Shown: positions 35,495 to 42,418 of the stretch, one piece after another
Position numbering within the stretch: position 1 is the first letter of the stretch
How the letters are laid out: the number at the start of each line of letters is the position of its first letter
Virus record (IMG/VR): IMGVR_UViG_3300045988_136292
Coordinates: 1-42,418 of that record
Source of the DNA: a virus
Strand: one strand, 5' to 3'
Length of the DNA: 42,418 bases
Made by a program: the position numbers and the translations under genes
Notes under the pieces: model-generated
Databases searched by the model: none
What the model was told of the DNA's origin: nothing
What the model saw: the letters and a program-made list of their open reading frames with translations, nothing else

Positions 35495-35828
35495 TGGGCT
35501 TATATTTTATAATCTTACTCAACTGTTCCGGATTGCGGAATCTTATTGCGCATCCGTGCCATTCCTGGGTACTGGACTTATACGGGTATTCTTGGTATTG
35601 TGCCGCAAACTCCTTAGAAATCAATAGTGCTACATAAGCTTTCCATTCTTTCCCCTTGTCCCAAAAAATGGTCAAATCCCCCAGTTCGGGAACCGTTTCC
35701 ATTTCACCGGTAATATCCAACAGGAAATCCTTGTGAATCCTCTTAAATACCAATGTAATAAATTCATCAGATTCCATCTTTTGGTATATTTCGTATTTCG
35801 ATAAATCCGGAAATCCATTCTTTTTCAT
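35460..35828 (-). CDS. Hypothetical protein (122 aa)
   Basis: Start chosen at the ATG at 35828 (MKKNGFPDL). Its first 22 nt belong to the 23-bp repeat also found at 36628-36650. Confidence 0.55.
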   Translation of the reverse strand: MKKNGFPDLSKYEIYQKMESDEFITLVFKRIHKDFLLDITGEMETVPELGDLTIFWDKGKEWKAYVALLISKEFAAQYQEYPYKSSTQEWHGCAIRFRNPEQLSKIIKYKPNVIQKEETGKN

Positions 35829-35829
35829 A
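35807..35829. repeat. 23-bp direct repeat CCGGAAATCCATTCTTTTTCATA, copy 1 (contains a gene start)
   Basis: Exact match to 36628-36650. Confidence 0.9.
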
Positions 35830-35983
35830 TTCGTTTTTTTAATGGTTCCCGGATAGGCGGTCAAACCACACCGGGAGAATAATTGATATAGAATATAACA
35901 TACAAGAGGACTTGCACCTCACGCTACCCTTTAATAGCGGCTTTGGTTAAGTAATTGATTAATAAAAACTTCCGTTTGAATTG

Positions 35984-36117
35984 TGGGAGCTACGGGAATT
36001 GAACCCGTGACCTATGGTTTTGCCGGCCTGTATCATGGAACACACAAAAACAAAATAAAATAGATTAATTACCCCTGACCGTTAACTGCCATCGCTCTGC
36101 CACTGAGCTAAGCCCCC
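35984..36117 (-). tRNA. tRNA-like gene with a ~60-70-nt AT-rich insertion in the anticodon/variable region (non-canonical, possibly a pseudogene)
   Basis: The acceptor stem GGGGGCT/AGCTCCC pairs 7 of 7, with one G-U pair. Canonical D-arm GCTC-AGTGGCA-GAGC and T-arm ACGGG-TTCAATT-CCCGT. Total length is 134 nt and the anticodon arm does not close canonically. Confidence 0.45.
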
Positions 36118-36197
36118 ATGTGCCGGATCACCTTCACAGGCTACACCGGCTAAAACCTAAACTAAAACCTATTACCATGAAAAACGAAATAAATGAC

Positions 36198-36649
36198 TTA
36201 TCTTAACTCGTCATTATGCTTCTCCTTGTGGACTATGATTTCCCTTACCTGCGTAGCCTCTATTTTCAATATCTTCCAATCTCTCACGCTCCCCTGCATA
36301 CACTTGTTTATCACGTCCTTTACATCTCCGACTGTTTCGGAAGATACCATATAAGTGCATTTGGAAACCTTTGTACGTCCTTTAACGTCCAACCATTCCA
36401 GCCCGATTACGACTTTCCACCAAACAGCGCTCTCCGTATCGCATTCGTCATACACAGCCTCTATGGCTTCTCTCTTTAGACTGATAACCTTAGGCTCTTT
36501 GTAAACCGGGAACTTATCAGCTACCAAAACATTTTCCGCTTCGGTGAATCCCGTGGCATCCACTATGAAAAGGTGTCTTACCTTCTTATCCTTTCCCCTG
36601 CTGTCGGTAGTCTTTCCTCTGACTATACCGGAAATCCATTCTTTTTCAT
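36198..36649 (-). pseudogene. DUF4494-like gene, frameshifted at an A5 run right after its ATG
   Basis: The ATG at 36649 gives MKKNGFPV followed by a stop. The other frame is open from 36656 and reads EKEWISGIVRGKTTDSRGKDKKVRHLFIVDATGFTEAE..., which is the DUF4494 pattern W....V....KKV...VDA..FTEAE. One extra A would fuse them into 150 aa. Confidence 0.5.
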
Positions 36650-36650
36650 A
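36628..36650. repeat. 23-bp direct repeat, copy 2
   Basis: Exact match to 35807-35829, 821 bp away. Confidence 0.9.
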
Positions 36651-36656
36651 ACTATA

Positions 36657-36884
36657 TTATTTTAATTGATAATTAATTGCCAAACTGTCCCAATGATTAC
36701 GGTTGCTCATGTACTCGTCAACTAACCTGCTGTCGGATGGATCACCCAACTCTACTTTTAAAACCTGATACACGTTGTCCGGCATATTGTAGATCACAGA
36801 TTCGTTATAGTCACATCGTCCGGCAATGCCTAGCAATAAAAGTAATGCCACAACCAATAATGTATATTTTGTTAACTTATTCAT
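36657..36884 (-). CDS. Small secreted or membrane-anchored protein (75 aa)
   Basis: N-terminal hydrophobic signal KYTLLVVALLLLLGIAGRC. Confidence 0.5.
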   Translation of the reverse strand: MNKLTKYTLLVVALLLLLGIAGRCDYNESVIYNMPDNVYQVLKVELGDPSDSRLVDEYMSNRNHWDSLAINYQLK

Positions 36885-36894
36885 AATCCTAGTT

Positions 36895-37119
36895 TTAAAT
36901 TGATAAATACTTCCCTTCTCTCGGACTGTGATTTGTCTTGATTGTCTGGTCTATCTCCTTCTGTAATCTTGCTATCTTAACCAGTTCTGCCGCCCACTTG
37001 ATACGGTTCCTCTCAAAATCACCACATAGCATCGCTTGTGCGTAAAGATCAGCCTTTGCCTCGTGCGCATCCAGCTTTTCTTGTAAATCCTTTGGTATAC
37101 GTTTCTTTCCTTGCCCCAT
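36895..37119 (-). CDS. Hypothetical protein (74 aa)
   Basis: Clean ORF. Confidence 0.5.
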   Translation of the reverse strand: MGQGKKRIPKDLQEKLDAHEAKADLYAQAMLCGDFERNRIKWAAELVKIARLQKEIDQTIKTNHSPREGKYLSI

Positions 37120-37122
37120 ATC

Positions 37123-37419
37123 TCACCTCCGTTTTTCCGTGAATAAGCTCAATGCCATATCAGCATCTACTACAATCATTCGTCCCACTTGGCGGACCGC
37201 TTTCTTTATGATGCCCGACTTAAGGCGGTATGCCGTAGTCTCGGAACAATGAAACAGGTCCATTATCCCTTTTATGCCATACACCAAGTTCTGCCCCGTT
37301 TTGGCAGGAGCAACTATTTCATTCTTCGGAATCAAGCTGCCAAACAATTCCTTCAATTCGCCTACGGTTAAATCTATCAACCGGGTATCATCGCTTATTC
37401 GTCTTTCCAATGGTATCAT
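37123..37419 (-). CDS. DUF3853-like HTH protein (excisionase-type)
   Basis: YGIKGIMDLFHCSETTAYRLKSGIIKKAVRQVGRMIVVDADMALSLF matches the DUF3853/MerR-like excisionase pattern. Confidence 0.55.
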   Translation of the reverse strand: MIPLERRISDDTRLIDLTVGELKELFGSLIPKNEIVAPAKTGQNLVYGIKGIMDLFHCSETTAYRLKSGIIKKAVRQVGRMIVVDADMALSLFTEKRR

Positions 37420-37793
37420 ACCTTCCCCTCCTTGATCCAGTTATAGATAGAATTCACACGCTTTATAAAATCCTTGTGGGAGGCATCACCTATCATAGCG
37501 GCAATTATCTCCCTCCTTATCTCGATATCACGCTCTCTAATTTGTGCGTCCTTTATTTTGTCCACACAGGGTTTTATCTCTTCTTTCAACCGTGAGGCTG
37601 AACAGGATACACTTATTGGATTATTATTCAGCACTTCGATCATATAGCGCGCTATACCTATAGCATTCATCTTCTCAATATACCGTATATCAAGATCAAA
37701 CTTAATCCCGTAGCACATATCATCATCATCAAGCGTAATCCCATGTTTACCCTCGTTGGTTTCGTCAATTGTTAACACCAATCTCTTTTTCAT
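37416..37793 (-). CDS. Hypothetical early protein (125 aa), first gene of the leftward operon
   Basis: Start chosen at the ATG at 37793 (MKKRLVLTIDE). The ORF-track start at 37808 is a TTG. Confidence 0.55.
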   Translation of the reverse strand: MKKRLVLTIDETNEGKHGITLDDDDMCYGIKFDLDIRYIEKMNAIGIARYMIEVLNNNPISVSCSASRLKEEIKPCVDKIKDAQIRERDIEIRREIIAAMIGDASHKDFIKRVNSIYNWIKEGKV

Positions 37794-37900
37794 ATCCTCT
37801 AAAAGCAAAAGCCCTTGCCGTTCTCAATCTAGTGTGGTGTTGATTGGTACTAAGCAAGAGCTTTATTTTGATATCCTAAATAACTTACGGTAAACACCAC

Positions 37901-38125
37901 TAAACCGTATCGTCTAATTTTTAATTCATTTGTAGGATATTAAAATGGAAGTCACTATATTTGCCGCTGGAACAATTTTGGTGCGAACAAAATCACGGTT
38001 TATGTCGTGACAGCCATTTTTATATCCGTTTGCAACCGTTTTTTTATTGGTTACGGATGCAAAGATAAACGGTTTACCATTCAATAACAAGCTAAACCGT
38101 TTAAAAATACAAGTTAGACCGTTAT
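37901..38125. promoter_or_regulatory. Operator array: 5-6 copies of TAAACCGT(T/G)T in both orientations within the divergent switch region
   Basis: Copies at 37901-37910 (+), 37994-38003 (-), 38033-38040 (degenerate), 38066-38076 (-), 38093-38103 (+) and 38115-38125 (TAGACCGTTAT). A TATCTTTG -7-type box lies on the - strand at 38060-38067. Confidence 0.45.
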
Positions 38126-38151
38126 TTAGAAAATGTTTTAAATAATATATT

Positions 38152-38556
38152 ATGGAAACAACTGTAAATGAAAGAATTGCTCAAATTATATCTCAATGTG
38201 GATATAAAAGTAAAAGATCTTTTGCAGAAAAGATAGGCGTTGCACAGACATCACTTAACGATATATTAAGAGGTGCAGAGCCAAAATATTCAACATTATA
38301 TAAAATTTTGGAAGCTGAACCGCTCATTTCCGCCGAATGGCTACTCCGTGGAAAAGGAGAAATGCTTATAGCCTCATCGCCAAATGAGAAAAAGGAGGAA
38401 GAAGCCCATGCAGAAAGCCTCTTCCGAAACGTATTGGTTGAATTTATGAGTATGGTTAACAAGAGGCTGAAAAGTATAGACAATAATACTCAATCGTCAG
38501 TAGACAAGTTAGAGGGAATTACAGACCTACTTACAGAATTAAGAAAAACAGCTTAA
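38152..38556 (+). CDS. XRE-family HTH repressor (CI-like)
   Basis: IAQIISQCGYKSKRSFAEKIGVAQTSLNDILRG..AEWLLRGKGEM. Divergent from the early operon. Confidence 0.75.
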   Translation: METTVNERIAQIISQCGYKSKRSFAEKIGVAQTSLNDILRGAEPKYSTLYKILEAEPLISAEWLLRGKGEMLIASSPNEKKEEEAHAESLFRNVLVEFMSMVNKRLKSIDNNTQSSVDKLEGITDLLTELRKTA

Positions 38557-38615
38557 TTTATATAATAATTAAACAAAACGTACACGTTTAGTGTTTGATT
38601 GATACTAATACCTAA

Positions 38616-38798
38616 ATGATGAACGTATTTATAGACAAGCTGGAAAGGTTGATGAATGAATTCAAAAATGAATCAGTCAACCCAAATGAAGACGAAGCCA
38701 AAAGGCAAAGTCTTATTCTTATTATATGCAATGGTCATAAAACCCCTAGGAAACATTTCAATTTAAAAGAATATAATCAAAATATCAACTATGAATAA
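38616..38798 (+). CDS. Hypothetical small protein (60 aa)
   Basis: ORF with an 8-nt overlap to the exonuclease gene. Confidence 0.4.
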   Translation: MMNVFIDKLERLMNEFKNESVNPNEDEAKRQSLILIICNGHKTPRKHFNLKEYNQNINYE

Positions 38799-39720
38799 CG
38801 CTAACTTTATCGCTATTGATTTTGAAACTGCTACCCCGAAAAGAATGCCTTGCCAAATTGGGTTAGTTGTAGTTAAAGAAGGAGTTATCGTAAAAAAAAT
38901 CAATGAATTGATACAGCCTCCCCAAAATAAATATTCGGTGTCATGTACTAAAGTTCATGGTATCACTCCTGAACATACCTTAAATTCACCTACATTTGAC
39001 ATTTTATGGGATAAAATTAAGCCCTATTTTGATAAAAACTTTATCGTAGCGCACAACATTGATTTTGATTATGATGTACTCGAAAAAGCATTATCTTATT
39101 ATAATATACAACACCCCATTATAATGGGGTGTGCATGCACTTATCAGCTTTCGGAAACAAACCTCGAGGAAGCATGTTATATAAATAATATTCCGCTACC
39201 GTCTCATCATGATGCTGCCTGCGATGCAGAAGCTTGCGCACGTTTGTTTTTAAAGTATCTTGACGGTGAATTATATGCAATTGACAGATCATCCATGCCA
39301 AAACAAGCAGAAGAACAAACAGAGGAGCAAAAAGCATATAACGAATTCTATTCCAATTTTATCCAAGAACATACACCCCTAACGGGTGATATATTGAAAA
39401 AAGATTTATCTAACGCTGACCCTAACAATCCTTTTTATGATAAAAAGATTGTCATTACAGGAGTATTTACCCAAGAACGAAGTGACCTTGCACTTACTTT
39501 AAAGAATATGGGAGCTGATATAAATACTTCCATTTCAAAAAAAACTGATTTTGTCTTGATTGGAGATGAACCGGGATATAGAAAGATAGAAAAACTAGAC
39601 GAATTAGAACGGAACGGATGTAAAATAACAAGGCTTTACCAAAAAGATTTAGATAAAGTATTAGCAGGTGAATGGGATGAATACACCAAGAACCTCCAAA
39701 TTAAAAGCAATAACAGATGA
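38791..39720 (+). CDS. DEDDh (DnaQ-like) 3'-5' exonuclease fused to a C-terminal BRCT domain
   Basis: ExoI is FIAIDFETAT, ExoII is VAHNIDFDYDVL and ExoIII is HHDAACDAEA (H-x4-D). The BRCT-like segment is KKIVITGVF...SISKKTDFVLIGDEPGYRKIEKLDEL. Confidence 0.8.
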   Translation: MNNANFIAIDFETATPKRMPCQIGLVVVKEGVIVKKINELIQPPQNKYSVSCTKVHGITPEHTLNSPTFDILWDKIKPYFDKNFIVAHNIDFDYDVLEKALSYYNIQHPIIMGCACTYQLSETNLEEACYINNIPLPSHHDAACDAEACARLFLKYLDGELYAIDRSSMPKQAEEQTEEQKAYNEFYSNFIQEHTPLTGDILKKDLSNADPNNPFYDKKIVITGVFTQERSDLALTLKNMGADINTSISKKTDFVLIGDEPGYRKIEKLDELERNGCKITRLYQKDLDKVLAGEWDEYTKNLQIKSNNR

Positions 39721-40484
39721 ACGATTCTCAAACACTTTTCGATTTTGATTCAAAGGATATATTATCAGGGGTGAGAGTTTATTTTTGCGGCAAATTCTCA
39801 CAAAAGACATCCATTCTTGCAGATAAGATGGAAGCAAGAGGAGCTATAACCCGTAGTATCACCGCCAACAAACCTACCCTCCTTGGCTTGTCAAAGGAAA
39901 CATGCGTCATAGTTAAAGGTAAAAACGTTCCCGAAAAGGATATTGCCAAGATACTAACTCTTACTCATGACGGATATCATATACCCGTTATTTCGGAAGC
40001 AGATATTGATGATATACTTAATGGGGTAAAACCGTCCAATTTCCCCGCCCCTATAAAGTCCGTTGATATAAACTTTGATTTCCTATTCAACAGCATAGTA
40101 CCCAAAATCATTCATTTTAACTTTTATGGTTATACACATCCTGTCGGCCAAAAGAACATATTTTTGCATAATATCCGTGGCGATAATTTCTTACTAGAAC
40201 AAAGCCTAGGGAATATAGGTGCTTATTCCTGCTCCTCCTTTGACCCGTATGATGTAGATTATTGCTGGCTTAAAAAAGATACCATAGACTTGCTTAGAGA
40301 TGGTGAAAAAGATGATTTTATAAAGATTATAACTGATTCTTATAATTCATCGTCAAATACAAAATTTACATATAAATTTATCATAGAATCCGAAGCTATC
40401 TATTGGATGGTTTATCGGGCTAAAGAAATAGGAGATGAAGTATCATTAGAATATATAACTAGATATCTTGAAAGCATATATTAA
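39717..40484 (+). CDS. BRCT-like N-terminal domain followed by about 170 aa of unknown function
   Basis: GVRVYFCGKFSQKTSILADKMEARGAI...VIVKGKNVPEKDIAKILTLTHDGYHIPVISEADIDDIL is BRCT-like. 4-nt overlap with the exonuclease gene. Confidence 0.5.
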   Translation: MNDSQTLFDFDSKDILSGVRVYFCGKFSQKTSILADKMEARGAITRSITANKPTLLGLSKETCVIVKGKNVPEKDIAKILTLTHDGYHIPVISEADIDDILNGVKPSNFPAPIKSVDINFDFLFNSIVPKIIHFNFYGYTHPVGQKNIFLHNIRGDNFLLEQSLGNIGAYSCSSFDPYDVDYCWLKKDTIDLLRDGEKDDFIKIITDSYNSSSNTKFTYKFIIESEAIYWMVYRAKEIGDEVSLEYITRYLESIY

Positions 40485-40643
40485 AATAAGCACCAGCATA
40501 TATGCGCATATAAATAATTTCACCTATGTTTTTATAATGGGCAATGATGCTAGTAAAGCAGCATCCGCTAAACGAAATAATAAGTACAATTTAGACAGCT
40601 TTATAAATTGCAAAAACAAAGTACCACCAATTTTGTTTTTTAC

Positions 40644-40651
40644 TATATTTG
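40644..40651 (+). promoter_or_regulatory. Bacteroides-type -7 promoter box TATATTTG (TAnnTTTG)
   Basis: Exact match to the consensus, 18 nt upstream of the ATG at 40669. TTTG at 40632-40635 is closer than the usual -33 spacing. Confidence 0.4.
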
Positions 40652-40668
40652 CAAGGTAATGACAGTTT

Positions 40669-40914
40669 ATGATGGGTAATTACAGTAAAAAACAGGAAGA
40701 AAAGAATGAAAACAAGGAAAAGAATAAAACAAGACGAGAAAAACTCGCAACGTATTTCTTTGACTTGTCCAAATTGGTATTTGCCGCACTTGTATTAGGC
40801 GGTATAACTCCTTTATTTACCAATACCGCAAATAAAATAAATTGGGCAACAATTGTATTAGGTGTTTTCTCCACTTATATTTTTGCCAATTTTGCAAACA
40901 GAATTTTAAAATAA
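40669..40914 (+). CDS. Small membrane protein (81 aa; Lys/Glu-rich N-terminus, two TM segments)
   Basis: TM segments are LVFAALVLGGITPLF and WATIVLGVFSTYIFANF. Confidence 0.6.
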   Translation: MMGNYSKKQEEKNENKEKNKTRREKLATYFFDLSKLVFAALVLGGITPLFTNTANKINWATIVLGVFSTYIFANFANRILK

Positions 40915-40920
40915 AATAAT

Positions 40921-41025
40921 ATGGATACATTGACTATTATCTTTTTAATGACCAGTATCATAGGCTCAGCACTCGTTATCTGGTCACATACGAAAAGCGG
41001 CAAAAAATGGCTTAGAGATTTATAA
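40921..41025 (+). CDS. Single-TM peptide (34 aa; MDTLTIIFLMTSIIGSALVIWSHTKSGKKWLRDL)
   Basis: Translated by hand, since it is below the ORF-track cutoff. Starts 7 nt after the previous stop and is followed by a terminator. Confidence 0.4.
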   Translation: MDTLTIIFLMTSIIGSALVIWSHTKSGKKWLRDL

Positions 41026-41030
41026 CAATA

Positions 41031-41065
41031 ATGGCAGGGGGTATGATTCCTGCCATATTTTTTTC
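41031..41065 (+). terminator. Intrinsic terminator (ATGGCAGG / CCTGCCAT stem) followed by ATTTTTTT
   Basis: Read directly. Confidence 0.7.
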
Positions 41066-41083
41066 ATACCAAACTTAAAACTT

Positions 41084-42346
41084 ATGAACATCAAACGAAA
41101 CTGCATCTTTCTTCTGGACAAGGAGAAAGACAAACCTGACTCCAAGCTCCGCTACAGGATCAAGTGGGACGGGAATACCGTAGCCTTTAATGTGGGCTAC
41201 CGGGTGGACAATAACAAATGGGTAGCCGAAGCCCAGAGATGCAAACCAAACACCACTCATGGAAAGAAAAAAATCTCGGCAGCAACTATCAATTCGGAGA
41301 TAAACCGTCTTGAAGAAATCGTCAACGACACCTTCTTCTTCTTCGAGCAGACAGGACAAATACCCACTTCTCTCGAATTCCGGGACGAAGTGAACAAAAG
41401 GAATGGGAAAATCGTAGAAAAGGAGAAAAAAACAATCTTCGATTACTACCAACAATTCATCATTGAACAAGGTAAGGAAAACAGTTGGTCAGAGAACACA
41501 TACAAGAGACACAAGACCACAATGAACCACCTAAAGAAATTCGCACCCGATCTTACTTTCGCAGACCTTACCCATGAAGGACTATCCCGTCTTGTGGATT
41601 ACTTTATGAGCATAGAAGTGGACAATGAAACCGGGATGAAGAATTACACAGCGAAGAAGTATATCAATCTGGCAAAATGGTTCTTGAAATGGGCATCAGA
41701 AAAAGGATACAACAAAGAACTTTCATTCGTCACTTTCAAGGAGAAGCTAAAGACCATTCCGGCAAAGGTGATATTCCTTGAATGGAATGAACTCATGAGT
41801 GTATATAATGCCACATTCCCGAACGAGCCTCATCTCGAACTAGCGAAGGATGTGTTCTGTTTCCAATGCTTCACCTCGCTACGCTATTCTGATGTAAAAA
41901 ACCTCAAGAAAGCCGACATCTATGACGGATATATTACCATCACTACCATTAAGACGGACGAGCCGTTAAAAATCGAACTGAACAAATATTCTAAGGCCAT
42001 ACTGGAGAAATACAAGGGCATAGAAGGGATATACGCGCTGCCTGTGCCGGTCAACCAAAGGATGAACAAATACATCAAAGAAATATGCAAAGCCTGTGAG
42101 ATTAACGAGCCTATATGCAGAACATATTATAAGGGAGCAGAAAGGATAGACGAAATTCATCCCAAATACAAACTGATAGGAACCCATTGCGGCAGAAAGA
42201 CCTTTATCTGCAACGCACTCATGCTGGGCATAGCCCCCAATATCGTAATGAAATGGACAGGTCACAAGGACTACAAGTCCATGAAACCATATATTGACAT
42301 AGCGGACAAGGCAAAAGAAGAAGCCATGAACCTTTTTAACCGTTAA
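41084..42346 (+). CDS. int: Tyrosine integrase (Bacteroides phage/CTn type with an N-terminal arm-binding domain)
   Basis: 420 aa. Has the catalytic Arg in TSLRYSDVKNL, the HxxR motif in GTHCGRKTF and the H..Y motif in WTGHKDYKSMKPYIDI. Adjacent to the right terminal repeat. Confidence 0.9.
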   Translation: MNIKRNCIFLLDKEKDKPDSKLRYRIKWDGNTVAFNVGYRVDNNKWVAEAQRCKPNTTHGKKKISAATINSEINRLEEIVNDTFFFFEQTGQIPTSLEFRDEVNKRNGKIVEKEKKTIFDYYQQFIIEQGKENSWSENTYKRHKTTMNHLKKFAPDLTFADLTHEGLSRLVDYFMSIEVDNETGMKNYTAKKYINLAKWFLKWASEKGYNKELSFVTFKEKLKTIPAKVIFLEWNELMSVYNATFPNEPHLELAKDVFCFQCFTSLRYSDVKNLKKADIYDGYITITTIKTDEPLKIELNKYSKAILEKYKGIEGIYALPVPVNQRMNKYIKEICKACEINEPICRTYYKGAERIDEIHPKYKLIGTHCGRKTFICNALMLGIAPNIVMKWTGHKDYKSMKPYIDIADKAKEEAMNLFNR

Positions 42347-42395
42347 TCCCCTATTTAGTCCCTTTTTCTTTAAAAACACTGATTTTCAGTTCCAT

Positions 42396-42418
42396 TTGTA
42401 CACCCGATGAGAATCGAA
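42396..42418. repeat. Right copy of the 23-bp terminal direct repeat (putative att core)
   Basis: Identical to 1-23. Confidence 0.8.

Noticed and set aside
35984-36117. Ochre-suppressor tRNA (anticodon UUA) implying stop-codon recoding
   Set aside because: That reading requires G at position 33 and a spliced 62-nt insert. Phage ORFs terminate normally at TAA, TAG and TGA, so there is no sign of recoding.
40468-40659. 63-aa ORF with a TTG start after the BRCT gene
   Set aside because: It overlaps the preceding gene's end, has a non-canonical start and a low-complexity translation, and contains the promoter box for the next gene. It is probably non-coding.
41075-42379. - strand ORFs 41075-41470 and 41966-42379
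   Set aside because: They are antisense shadows of the integrase gene.

Overview
The window reads as one essentially complete temperate siphovirus-type prophage with an HK97-fold capsid. The host is probably a Bacteroidota (Bacteroides-like) organism, judged from family types such as DUF4494, DUF3853, DUF4886, an Mpi-like invertase, Bacteroides-type integrases and a TAnnTTTG promoter box. All family names are motif recognition from the ORF translations, because no database search was possible.

Boundaries: an exact 23-bp direct repeat occupies both ends (1-23 and 42396-42418). The right copy lies 49 bp after the stop codon of a tyrosine integrase.

Gene order, left to right:
- 255-2651: a four-gene cargo cluster of unknown function (- strand).
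- 3227-4277: lysis cassette of holin, lysin and a u-spanin-like protein.
- 5969-7348: a decayed patch holding an integrase pseudogene and a 5'-truncated SGNH hydrolase.
- 7521-19730: tail module, including a tail fibre with a complete SGNH esterase domain and a 1033-aa tape measure.
- 19733-23949: head module with connectors, HK97 major capsid, prohead protease and portal.
- 24068-24766: a KilA-N moron.
- 24911-27402: terL, terS and an HNH endonuclease.
- 27356-37793: a long early/accessory region.
- 37794-38151: a divergent switch region with repeated operators.
- 38152-42346: a plus-strand lysogeny module with an XRE repressor, an exonuclease-BRCT operon, a small-membrane-protein moron and the integrase.

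Most interesting observations:
1. A translationally coupled DEDDh-exonuclease-BRCT / BRCT-unknown operon sits between repressor and integrase. It is a candidate lysogen-expressed defence system.
2. An accessory island at 29120-32739 carries an Mpi-family serine invertase, a stand-alone MutS-domain-I gene broken by a -1 frameshift at an A6 run, a DUF2829 (Tad2-like) protein, a small lipoprotein, and a second tyrosine recombinase coupled to a methyltransferase N-terminal fragment.
3. A conserved ~30-nt element recurs seven times upstream of late genes.
4. A tRNA-like gene carries a ~60-70-nt insertion. It and a frameshifted DUF4494 gene are flanked by a duplicated 23-bp gene start.
5. A perfect 24-bp tandem array lies inside a CDS.
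6. A structured sRNA candidate runs antisense to the surrounding genes.
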